Shown: positions 1 to 8,823 of the stretch, in pieces | Layout of the letters: every line of letters begins with the position of its first letter | How positions within the stretch are numbered: the stretch's first letter is position 1 | From: Polyangiaceae bacterium | GTDB lineage: Bacteria > Myxococcota_A > Polyangia > Polyangiales > Polyangiaceae | Direction of reading: 5' to 3' | NCBI GenBank assembly: GCA_044376115.1 | Contig: JBILLK010000006.1 | Location: 96,001 to 160,000, forward strand | DNA length: 64,000 bases | Notes under the pieces: model-generated | Databases searched by the model: none | Seen by the model: the letters and a program-made list of their open reading frames with translations, nothing else | Told to the model about the DNA's origin: nothing | Program-made: the position numbers and the translations under genes

Positions 1-2
1 CT

Positions 3-1724
3 CGTGGAAAACGGTTGGCTCGCAGGTTCTCCGGGGCGGGAGTTGCTTTGCGGGAAGCGCAAGCGGACGTCGGCGTAGGCGCTGAACACGTCCATCCCGG
101 TGTTGATCTTGAGCTCCTTGCTCACCCGATGGCTGTGCTCAAAGCGCGTCGTCACGCTGAACGAATCGAGGAAGAAGAAGATCGGCCCGAGGCTGAAGCC
201 GATGTCGTCGTGTCCGAAGGCCAACACGCTGCGGAAGGAGTCCCGTTCGAACTCTTTCTCCCACAGGAACTGCACGCGCTGAAACGCCGTATGGAGGCCT
301 ACGTTGCCAGAAAGCGCTGGCTCTCCTGGGGCAGGGTCCGAGACCAACAGCTCGAGCGCGTCATCACTGCCGAAGAAACCAATACGAAAGCGACCGACGT
401 CGGCGGAGTTGTGTTCGATGAACAGCTGGTAGTCGTAATAGACGGGAGCTTGCGTGACTGATGCGCCAGCGGCCTCCAGCGTCGGCCCGAGCCAAGCGTC
501 GATGTAGCTGCGGCGTCCGGAGGCCATGAAGGTCCAGCCCTCGAGCAAGGGGATGGGACCCTCAACCAGGCCGCGCGCGTCGATCAAGTCCACCTGCGCG
601 ACGCCGTGATAGCCGTCGTCCTTGGGCGAACGAATCCCAACGTCAACGATGCCGCCGGTCACACGACCGTACTCTGCGCCGAAGTTGCCGGGGTAGAAGT
701 CGATCTTCTCGAGGATCTCGGTTGGGACCACGCTCGACAGACCGCCGAAGTGGTAGATCAACGGGACGAGCGAGCCGTCGATGAAGGTCTGCGTGTCGGC
801 TGGGCCTGAGCCGCGGACGAGCAAGATGCCGGCAATGCCCGGAGGCCGCGCGACGCCGGGCAGGTTCTGCAGCGACTTGAGCGCGTCGCCGTTGGTGCCG
901 GGGACGCGGTCGATCTCGCGCCTGGTGATGGTGCGCTTGACCACCTCGCGCGGAGGGCGCTGCCCGCGAATCGTTACTTCGAGACCACCGCTCGCGACGT
1001 ACACCCGGTACTTGACGGTGCTGCGCGCTCCTTCGCTGATCTCTTCCACCAACGTGGTTTTGCCGAACCCCTCGGCGACGATCTCCACGTTGTATTGGCC
1101 CGGAACCACGTCTCCAAAATCGAAGCGGCCTTCGGCGTCGGTGGTGACCGTGCGAGCCTCCCCGGCCGTTTTGGGCGTGAGAACGACGCGTGCGCCAGCG
1201 ACGCCAACCTCCTCCGCGTTGCTCGCATCGTCGGAGGTCCCAAGAACCACGCCCGAGAGCCCCTCTTTCTCGACGGGGACCTCCTCGGTCGTATCGGGTT
1301 CAGGCTCTTTGGCCTTCAGCGAGAAGGTGAATCGAAACTTGAGTTTGGAGGGCACCGGCTTGCCCGACGCATCTCGTTCTGGGTCCCAGATCAGCTGCCG
1401 ACCTGCTTCGAGCGCCGCCTCATCGAAGCCGTCCCCGGCTCCGGTATCCACGGTGGCGTTGGTTACCGCGCCCGCTGCGCTGATGCTGAGGATCAGGATG
1501 ACCTGGGCCTCGCGGTCCAAGGCGTTTTCAGGGTGCTTGGGCGCCACATACTGCCGCAGGCGCGCTCTCGCGCTCAGGTCCGCGGGGGCCTCGGCGGGCT
1601 TTTCCTCTTGCTTGATAATGCCGGTATCGCCGCGAGGCACACCGTCTTGCGCGCTAGCGGCCAACGGCCAGGCAAGCGCGCAGGCAACCGCAGTCCCCCC
1701 CAGGATTGCCCGCTTGTGAACCAT
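3..1724 (-). CDS. TonB-dependent outer-membrane receptor with N-terminal TonB_C-like and carboxypeptidase-regulatory-like domains (3' end outside window)
   Basis: Not in the ORF track. Manual translation from ATG at 1724 gives a signal peptide (MVHKRAILGGLRLPALAWPLAASAQ), a TonB_C-like segment (VILILSISAAGAVTNATV...GFDEAALEA), TTDAEGRFDF, and a plug motif EIDRVPGTNGDALKSLQNLPGV...IDFYPGNFGAEYGRVTGGIV. Confidence 0.88.
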   Translation of the reverse strand, partial: MVHKRAILGGTAVACALAWPLAASAQDGVPRGDTGIIKQEEKPAEAPADLSARARLRQYVAPKHPENALDREAQVILILSISAAGAVTNATVDTGAGDGFDEAALEAGRQLIWDPERDASGKPVPSKLKFRFTFSLKAKEPEPDTTEEVPVEKEGLSGVVLGTSDDASNAEEVGVAGARVVLTPKTAGEARTVTTDAEGRFDFGDVVPGQYNVEIVAEGFGKTTLVEEISEGARSTVKYRVYVASGGLEVTIRGQRPPREVVKRTITRREIDRVPGTNGDALKSLQNLPGVARPPGIAGILLVRGSGPADTQTFIDGSLVPLIYHFGGLSSVVPTEILEKIDFYPGNFGAEYGRVTGGIVDVGIRSPKDDGYHGVAQVDLIDARGLVEGPIPLLEGWTFMASGRRSYIDAWLGPTLEAAGASVTQAPVYYDYQLFIEHNSADVGRFRIGFFGSDDALELLVSDPAPGEPALSGNVGLHTAFQRVQFLWEKEFERDSFRSVLAFGHDDIGFSLGPIFFFLDSFSVTTRFEHSHRVSKELKINTGMDVFSAYADVRLRFPQSNSRPGEPASQPFST

Positions 1725-1738
1725 CTGGCGCTTCCCTT

Positions 1739-4700
1739 CTACACCGGATCGCGACGTTTGAGGAGCACACACAGGGTGATCAGCACCACCACCATGAAGC
1801 CCGCAAGCACTGCGTAGGGCATCCAAACCACCTCGTAGTTTTCGAAGCCCCATGAGCCCTTCAGGTTCTCTGCTGCAAGCTGCGCTGTGGCGCATTTGAA
1901 GTCACCATTCTCGACAAAGTCCGCCGGGGAACTGACTGGGTCCCGCATCTGGAGGTCCACAGTCCAAGCTGGATCTCCGTCCAAGGCCATCCGGTTGGGG
2001 GCGATGGCAGCCTCGAAGCCCCAGCGAGCCGGGACCACATTGAATAGCAGCTTCAGCTTGGGCACGCTTGTCATCGGCACCATCAATCCGCCCAAAATGA
2101 CCTGCGGAATGAGGGCGATCGGTGTCAGCGCCATCGCAGCTTCGCTGGATTCGACGGAGGTCGAAAGCAGCAGGCCAATGGCGGTCGCTACCAAGGAGGT
2201 CGCTACCAGCGCGCCTAACATCTGCCCGAACACAGGCATACCGCCTGGCAGCTTCAAGCCAAAGAAGACGATCGCCAGGATCATCGAGCATTGCACGATG
2301 CAGAAGAACGCCAACAGGATGAACTTCGAGAAGACGTAGTTGAAGAGCCCGAGGTTCACCATCCGCTCGCGCATGTAGATGGCTCGCTCACTCACGATCT
2401 CGCGCGCAGCGTTGGACGTGCCGAACCAAATCGCCGAGACCACCAAGAAGAAGATCGCCGCCGTGTAGTCCGACGTCTGCGTCATGTTCCTGAGCACCTC
2501 GGCGCCAGCCTCGATCTGGACGCCCTTGGTCTCACGCTTGGAGAGCTCCTGCAAAGCGCCCAAGCACCACCCCGGAACGGCGTCGTCCTGGCCACCAAAG
2601 ACCATGTAGAGCAAGAGGCCGATGATGGGCGCCTGCGCAAACATGATGATGATACCGCCCGTGTCGCGCACCTTGCATTTGAAGTAGCGCGAGAGCAGCA
2701 GACCCAGCTGCCCGCTCGTTTGTTGACGACCCGGCGGGACGCCATGCGGAGCGGTGCCCGAGCCGATCTCTCGCCGACCGGAGTACATTCGCCGGAAGGT
2801 TGGGTTCTGATCGGTGAAGAACTCGGAGCGCCACTCGAGCGCAGCGGCCTTTCGGGCTTCTTGGCGCGAAGCCGACGGATTCTGCGCTCGCAGCCGCTCG
2901 AAGATGGGCCTTTCGCGAACGGCGAGCATGTCGAACATGTCGCGTGGATTGTCGAGTTCGGGCTTGCTCTTGTCTCGCTGACTACCGAAGAAGCGATAGG
3001 CGTCGGGCGAGGTCGGCCCGAAGAACATCGGGATGCCGCCGTAGCCCATGATCAAGCAATGGCTGAACTTCTCGAACTCGTCCTTCGCCGGCTGATGGAT
3101 CGTCATGATGATCGTCTTGCCGGTCGCCTTCGTGAGGTTGGCGAGTAGCTCGATCAGCGCGGTGGTGTCGTCGGCGGCGAGACCGCTCGTCGGTTCATCG
3201 AGGAACACGATGACCGGATCGGTAACGAGCTCGAGAGCGATGTTCACGCGCTTGCGCTGCCCGCCCGAGAGCGTCTTCTTTTCCGGCTTACCAATCTGAA
3301 GGTTCGCGACGCCGTCGAGCCCGAGGTCCTTCAGCGTTTGCTCTACGCGCTGCTCGATTTCGGCGTCGGAGTAGTCAGGAGGGAGGCGGAATTTGGCGCT
3401 GTAGCGCACCGCCTCGTGCACCGTGAGTTCGGGGTGCACCAGGTCGTCCTGCGGGACGTAGCCGATCGAGCCGCGCAGGGTGTCGTAGATGTTGTAGAGG
3501 TCTTCACCGTTGATGCGAACGATGCCGCTGGTGGGCGGGAGGTAGCCGTTCAGCGCGAGCAAGAGCGTCGTCTTGCCGGCGCCAGAGGGCCCCATCAGCG
3601 CGATCATGTCGCCGGGCAACGCCTTGAACGAAACGTTGTCGAGCAACGTCTTCATCTCACCGCGGTTGTCACGGTCAGGCACTTGAAGCACCAAGCTCCA
3701 GGCCTCGATCTCGTACAGGGGCTTGCCGGCCCAGCGCTCGAGCGCGTACTCCTCCTGCACCACCTCTGCCGCGCCCGATGCCGATATCTCGATCTGCAGC
3801 GGCATCGGCCCGACGTAGATCTTTTCTCCGCTTTGAACGGCGATCTTCTGGCCGGGTGGGATGCGTTGCCCGCGCACGTAGGTGCCGTTGCCGCTGCCAC
3901 GGTCCTCGATGTAGAGCTGGCCGGCGATTTGGTGCAGGAGCGCGTGCCGGCTGGAGACCTGCGGGTGGGAAATGACGATGTCGTTGTCGGGCGTTCGACC
4001 GATCGTCCGGACGGGCTTTTGCCCGGCGGCAAAGTCGAGCTGCCCGAGGATCGTCTTGTTCTTTTTTGCCGGCATCCCCGCAGGCGGAGAGGCGCCGGCG
4101 GGCTGTTGCCCCGCAGGCATCGCAGCGGCGAGCTGCTGAGCCTGCGCCAAACTCATCGCCGCCGTCGCCTTGTTCGGATTCTGCCCCTGTTGCATCTGGA
4201 GCGAGGGCATCGGCTGCTGAGGCATCGACTGCTGAGGCATCGATGGGTGCGCGCCGCCGGCCTGCTGGCCCTGCAAGTAGGCGTTCGTCTCGAGCGCCGC
4301 TTGGGCTGCAGCAGGCCCAGCCGCTAGGGCTTGCGCGAGCTGGCCGAGCAGGCCCGCGGGCACAGGTACCGGGCCGAAGGCGACCACACCGTTCGGGTCG
4401 AGCGGGGAGGGAGCGTTCGGCGCGATCTTGGTGCGGTTCTGTCCGAGAAAGGTGCCGCTGGTCGAGCCATGGTCGAGCACCATCATGCGATCGAGCATCA
4501 CGGTCGCGTGCTGACTCGAAACGCTGGGGTGCTGAATGACGAGGGACGCTCGCGTCGGATCGCGCCCGATGATCAGGTGGCCACGCGGGGCAGGGGCCTG
4601 GCCCACCGCCATGATCATCATCACGATGCTCGGGTGGCTCAGTGGGACGGTGACGTTCGCGATCGAGAACGCCGTGCGAAAGTCGAAGGGCACCTGCTCG

Positions 4701-4915
4701 CCGGGTTGCAGCGGTCGCGGCTGAGTGATGCCTCCTTGCGGACCCTGGTGCACCTGCACGAAGGTGTTCGGAACGCTGGGAATGAACACCAGCTTTCCGC
4801 CGCCTTGGTGAACGAGGCGTGCATGCTCTGGAGCGATGCCCGGGGCGGACATCACGACGTCACATTGCGGGCTGCTACCAATCGAGATGTTTTGCTTGCC
4901 GAAGCCAGGGATCAT
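1739..4915 (-). CDS. FHA-domain ABC transporter (three FHA-like domains + ABC ATPase + ABC-2 permease; Rv1747-like architecture)
   Basis: FHA motifs GR..S..H..S.NGT, Walker A GPSGAGKT, signature LSGGQ, Walker B VFLDEPTSG, H-loop TIHQP, C-terminal multi-TM domain with ERAIYMRE. Confidence 0.93.
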   Translation of the reverse strand: MIPGFGKQNISIGSSPQCDVVMSAPGIAPEHARLVHQGGGKLVFIPSVPNTFVQVHQGPQGGITQPRPLQPGEQVPFDFRTAFSIANVTVPLSHPSIVMMIMAVGQAPAPRGHLIIGRDPTRASLVIQHPSVSSQHATVMLDRMMVLDHGSTSGTFLGQNRTKIAPNAPSPLDPNGVVAFGPVPVPAGLLGQLAQALAAGPAAAQAALETNAYLQGQQAGGAHPSMPQQSMPQQPMPSLQMQQGQNPNKATAAMSLAQAQQLAAAMPAGQQPAGASPPAGMPAKKNKTILGQLDFAAGQKPVRTIGRTPDNDIVISHPQVSSRHALLHQIAGQLYIEDRGSGNGTYVRGQRIPPGQKIAVQSGEKIYVGPMPLQIEISASGAAEVVQEEYALERWAGKPLYEIEAWSLVLQVPDRDNRGEMKTLLDNVSFKALPGDMIALMGPSGAGKTTLLLALNGYLPPTSGIVRINGEDLYNIYDTLRGSIGYVPQDDLVHPELTVHEAVRYSAKFRLPPDYSDAEIEQRVEQTLKDLGLDGVANLQIGKPEKKTLSGGQRKRVNIALELVTDPVIVFLDEPTSGLAADDTTALIELLANLTKATGKTIIMTIHQPAKDEFEKFSHCLIMGYGGIPMFFGPTSPDAYRFFGSQRDKSKPELDNPRDMFDMLAVRERPIFERLRAQNPSASRQEARKAAALEWRSEFFTDQNPTFRRMYSGRREIGSGTAPHGVPPGRQQTSGQLGLLLSRYFKCKVRDTGGIIIMFAQAPIIGLLLYMVFGGQDDAVPGWCLGALQELSKRETKGVQIEAGAEVLRNMTQTSDYTAAIFFLVVSAIWFGTSNAAREIVSERAIYMRERMVNLGLFNYVFSKFILLAFFCIVQCSMILAIVFFGLKLPGGMPVFGQMLGALVATSLVATAIGLLLSTSVESSEAAMALTPIALIPQVILGGLMVPMTSVPKLKLLFNVVPARWGFEAAIAPNRMALDGDPAWTVDLQMRDPVSSPADFVENGDFKCATAQLAAENLKGSWGFENYEVVWMPYAVLAGFMVVVLITLCVLLKRRDPV

Positions 4916-5018
4916 GACGCCGGCACACGTTAGCGGAAAACCTGCGGCCGTTGGTCGTGTTTCACGAGCCGGGGAACGCGGTGCGCTCGCGCCTGTTTAC
5001 GGCCGAGTTGCTGACGCT

Positions 5019-6449
5019 TCAGCGAATGAAGACCAACCACGCCAGCGCGATCGCAACCACCGCAACAATGAAGCTGATCGCCAGCGCCATGAAAAGCACC
5101 CGGCCCCCGCTTCTGCCAGGCACCGACTCCACGCCGGACGCCGAGGGGCCAGCAGGCCGTTGTTGCCACCCGCCGGCATCGTGGGGCGTTGGTGCGGGTC
5201 TGCGCATGTCGGGGCGAGCGGCCGTTGGAGGCAACCCTAACCCTCCCACGCCGTCGGCCCGATAGGCAGCCATGTTTTGCGGACCTTGCGGTCGCTGCGC
5301 TAACGGAAGCGTTCCTTGAGGACCGTGCCCCGGCGCCCCTGAATGCACCGCTGGGTGCCCCGGATACGCCGCGCTCGAACTGCGATTGGTCCCGTCGTGT
5401 GCCGTCGCTGCCGGCTGCATCGGGATGGTCTCATGGTGCCCGCGTCCCAAAACGGTGTCCACCGCCGGTTGCGGCGGAGTGTGACTCGTGAGCTGGTGGC
5501 CTCCCATCGAGTTGGGCGCGGCGTCGCGATGGGCCACCGCGGCAGGGTACGGAGTTGCCGCTGCATGGTGCATCGGTTGCTGGGGCTGGGGCGCGTTAGC
5601 GGGACCGCCTGCATCGTGCACGGTAGTTTGCATCGCACCAACCTGCGTAGCGCCGGTGCGCGTGCGCTGTGCGGCCGTCCCGACGACGCGCACCAACTGA
5701 ACCGTGATGTTGTCGTGCCCACCTCGATCATTGGCCATGCGCACGAGTTGCTCGCAGCCGTGCTCGAGCCCACCCGAAGCAAGTGCTTGGCGCGTTGCCC
5801 CGAGGATGTCCTTTGGTAGCGCCAGATCGGTGAGGCCGTCGCTCGCCGTGAGAAGCAAGTCCCCCGGGAAGAGCTCCATAGGCTCTGGTCGAAGCTCCAC
5901 GTCGACCTCCGGCTTCATGCCTAGGGCCCGCGTGATCTTGTTCGCGTCGGGATGCCCAATGCCCTGCTCTTCGGTGATGAACCCGGCGTCGATCATCGCC
6001 TGCACCATGGAGTGGTCGCGCGTGAGCGGGTAGATCTGCCCCGAACGAATCACATAGGCACGGCTGTCGCCGACGTGTGCGACGTCAACTCCGGCGTCGC
6101 TGAAGAGCATCGCGACGACGGTGGACCCTGGTCGGATCTTGTTGTCGGGCGGACCGCCCAGTTCATAAACCCGGCGCGCGGCGACCTCGACGGCGAACTT
6201 GAGTGCAGCGGCCGAAGTTGCCACTGGAGCCAAGTCAATTTGCTCAAAGATGGTGGTGATCGCCCGACGGCTAGCCTCTTGCCCACCGTAGTGACCACCC
6301 ATCCCGTCGCACAGCACGCATAGGTGCCCAAACTTGGTCAGTGCGTGCCCGCAAGAATCTTCGTTGATCTGTTTGTTCGGATCACGACCTGGATCGCTCA
6401 ATTGAGCGACCTCAAGTTTCAATTCAAGGGGTTTGGCCTGGGAAGACAT
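5019..6449 (-). CDS. PP2C-family Ser/Thr phosphatase with Pro/Gln-rich tail and C-terminal membrane anchor
   Basis: Motifs NED, LCDGMGG, HVGDSRAY, TRDHS, ASDGL, GGHDNIT; hydrophobic C-terminus. Start placed at the ATG at 6449, 14 bp after the upstream stop. Confidence 0.92.
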   Translation of the reverse strand: MSSQAKPLELKLEVAQLSDPGRDPNKQINEDSCGHALTKFGHLCVLCDGMGGHYGGQEASRRAITTIFEQIDLAPVATSAAALKFAVEVAARRVYELGGPPDNKIRPGSTVVAMLFSDAGVDVAHVGDSRAYVIRSGQIYPLTRDHSMVQAMIDAGFITEEQGIGHPDANKITRALGMKPEVDVELRPEPMELFPGDLLLTASDGLTDLALPKDILGATRQALASGGLEHGCEQLVRMANDRGGHDNITVQLVRVVGTAAQRTRTGATQVGAMQTTVHDAGGPANAPQPQQPMHHAAATPYPAAVAHRDAAPNSMGGHQLTSHTPPQPAVDTVLGRGHHETIPMQPAATAHDGTNRSSSAAYPGHPAVHSGAPGHGPQGTLPLAQRPQGPQNMAAYRADGVGGLGLPPTAARPDMRRPAPTPHDAGGWQQRPAGPSASGVESVPGRSGGRVLFMALAISFIVAVVAIALAWLVFIR

Positions 6450-6463
6450 GCGAAGGAGGCGCA

Positions 6464-8563
6464 CTACTCCAAGCTGACGGCGAACTCGATCGGTCCGAAT
6501 TTGAGCGACGAGCCGTTGGGAACCGGTGTCCACACACCGGGGTTGACGCGCTGGTTGTTGAGCGTCGTCCCGTTATTGGAGTTGTCGTCCCGAACGTACA
6601 ACTGGCCTTGCTCGATCTTCAAGGAGGAGTGTGTGCCGCTTACCCGCGGCTCGCTCAGGAGGATTTGGCAAAGTGCGCCGTCGCGCCCGGCTTTCATCTC
6701 GACTCCGGGCAGCACCGTGAAGATCCCCGCGTTGCCGCTCAGCGTCGCGCGCTGAACGAAGGCGGGCCCGGGCGTCATCGGACGAGGCGCTTGCATGGGG
6801 GAGGGGGCGGGAGGAGCGTTGGGCCGGGGAGGCGGTGCAGCCGGCGCCGACCCACCGCGCTTTCGACCACCTCCGCGGAAGGCCGAGACAACCAGCAGAA
6901 TAAGCACAAGACCGCCAAACGCGATGCCACCAACCAGGAAGTAGTTCACCGGCTTGTTCTGGGCGCGCAGCGTGAGGATCTTGTCCTTGATGAACGGGCT
7001 TGTGCGCTTGGTTGCCTGATCGTGGAGCACCAACCGAGCGGTGAGTTTCTCGCCCTTGCCGCTCAGGAATTTCTCGTTGTCCGGCAGCTCGAAGGTTACG
7101 GAGCTGTCGCCCGCTTCAATCACGCGTGCTTTGAGCCCCTGCTTGACAAGCTGTTGTTGTGCGTCTTTGGCCTCCTCGAGGGTGCCACCTTCGAGCGTTG
7201 TGGGCACTTCCTGGCTCTTCGGCAGTAGGTAGAGCTCGGCGCGCTCCTTCTTTCCACCCCAGCAGAAGTTGCCGTAGATGGTGACCTCGCCAGCCGCATG
7301 GAGAGGCTTCTTCTCGGCTGCCTCCTCGGTCGCCTTGAAGTCGATGTCGAGTGGCCAGGTCGATGGGTCGATTCCGACGGGCACGTCTTGATAGGTGCCA
7401 TCGCCGGCGATGGTCAGGTTGCTCGTTCGGAAGTTGAGAGCAAACGTTTGCGTGGTGGAGGCCGCTACGCACGACATCTGCCACTTCACGATCCACATGT
7501 TGTCAAAGCGAGTCCGGACGGCTTTGACGATGCGCTCACCACGCGCGGTCCCTCCCTCGCGCAGTACCGTGAAGTACCCACCGATCTCGGTGTTGGCGAG
7601 ATTCTCCATGAAGGCGCGGGAGTTCTCGAAGAGTTCCTCCATCTGCTTGGAAGGAAACCAAACCGAGATCACCGGCACCGGCATCTTCGGGAGTGCGATG
7701 TTGTCCTCCGGAAATCGACCCTTGGTCATGAACTGACCGAGGAACTTCGCGCCGGGGCCGAGCGATGAAGGATCGGTCCCAGCTGCGCCGCTCGACAGCA
7801 CGACCATCGCCTGGTGCATTGGCACTTTGACCGACTGGCCAACGTTGCCCAGTTCCTTGAATCCGTCGGTCGCGCCGTTCTGGATGATCTGTCCGAGCGG
7901 ACGGTTGCGCCCGCCTGGCACCGCAGGCTTGGTTACCTGACTGACGATGAACGCTTCCGCCTTGGCTTTGTCATTCGTCCATCCGGAAGAAAAAATGACG
8001 GTCTTGTCGCCGAAATACATCACGTTGACGATGTCGTTTGCGCGCATCGACCCAACGAACTGTTTGGCAACTTCACGTGCCTCGTCAAAGCGCGGCCCCA
8101 TCGACGAGGCTGCGTCGATCATGATCAACCAGGCAGTGCCAACGTTCGGTTCGGCGTTGCTTTCACCCCACTTCGCCTTCGACAGGAAGGTCAACGGCTC
8201 TTCGCCACCATCGAGCTTGATCGACATGATGGTGCCGCCTTCGGGGAACGTGATTGGCTCCCACAGGGCCTTCGGCCGCTCCATCCCGTCGGCGATGCAA
8301 TCGAGCTCGTCATTGCCACCCAGCTGGGTGCAAGGCCCAACGACCCCGTTGAGTGGCTTGTTTTGAACGATCTCGAGCACCGTGGTCAGGATCGGTGCGC
8401 CTTCGCTTTGGCTGGCGCGAGGATCGATCCGGAGGATGTGCCCTTCTGGAGCGGCGCTTACTGTCGTTGGAAGCAGCCAGATGAGGAACGCGGTCAGCAC
8501 AAGGGAGACGTGCGACATGCAGCGGAGGCGGGGGGCGTACCCCTTGAGATTGGCGTTGTTCAT
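6464..8563 (-). CDS. Exported vWA-domain protein with one TM helix and cytoplasmic C-terminal FHA domain
   Basis: GGAGA RBS before ATG 8563, signal peptide ending VSA, vWA-like WLIMIDAASSM, TM YFLVGGIAFGGLVLILLVVSAF, FHA AGRDG...VSGTH...SNNGT. Confidence 0.85.
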   Translation of the reverse strand: MNNANLKGYAPRLRCMSHVSLVLTAFLIWLLPTTVSAAPEGHILRIDPRASQSEGAPILTTVLEIVQNKPLNGVVGPCTQLGGNDELDCIADGMERPKALWEPITFPEGGTIMSIKLDGGEEPLTFLSKAKWGESNAEPNVGTAWLIMIDAASSMGPRFDEAREVAKQFVGSMRANDIVNVMYFGDKTVIFSSGWTNDKAKAEAFIVSQVTKPAVPGGRNRPLGQIIQNGATDGFKELGNVGQSVKVPMHQAMVVLSSGAAGTDPSSLGPGAKFLGQFMTKGRFPEDNIALPKMPVPVISVWFPSKQMEELFENSRAFMENLANTEIGGYFTVLREGGTARGERIVKAVRTRFDNMWIVKWQMSCVAASTTQTFALNFRTSNLTIAGDGTYQDVPVGIDPSTWPLDIDFKATEEAAEKKPLHAAGEVTIYGNFCWGGKKERAELYLLPKSQEVPTTLEGGTLEEAKDAQQQLVKQGLKARVIEAGDSSVTFELPDNEKFLSGKGEKLTARLVLHDQATKRTSPFIKDKILTLRAQNKPVNYFLVGGIAFGGLVLILLVVSAFRGGGRKRGGSAPAAPPPRPNAPPAPSPMQAPRPMTPGPAFVQRATLSGNAGIFTVLPGVEMKAGRDGALCQILLSEPRVSGTHSSLKIEQGQLYVRDDNSNNGTTLNNQRVNPGVWTPVPNGSSLKFGPIEFAVSLE

Positions 8564-8823
8564 CCGGTTCTCCAAACAGAAAGCTCTGCAAGCCGTGTCC
8601 GAAGGCATGGCTGAGCGCATCGTACTGCCTCGGTCACCACCGTTGCGAGAAGGTGAACGAGACCAGGAACAGCAGCGGGCGACAAGCCAACTCTCGACGA
8701 GTCGCCAACTCTCAACTCTCACGCGAACCTTCTCGGCACGCGCGTGCGAGAGGTGAACCAAGGCTCTTTCCGACGCCCGCTCCGTGCCGTAGTTGTGCGG
8801 GCGAACGTGAGCCCCAGGTTGGG

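Noticed and set aside
8587..8602. Sigma54 promoter-like GGACACGGCTTGCA on the minus strand
   Set aside because: GG-to-GC spacing is 9 nt rather than the required 10.
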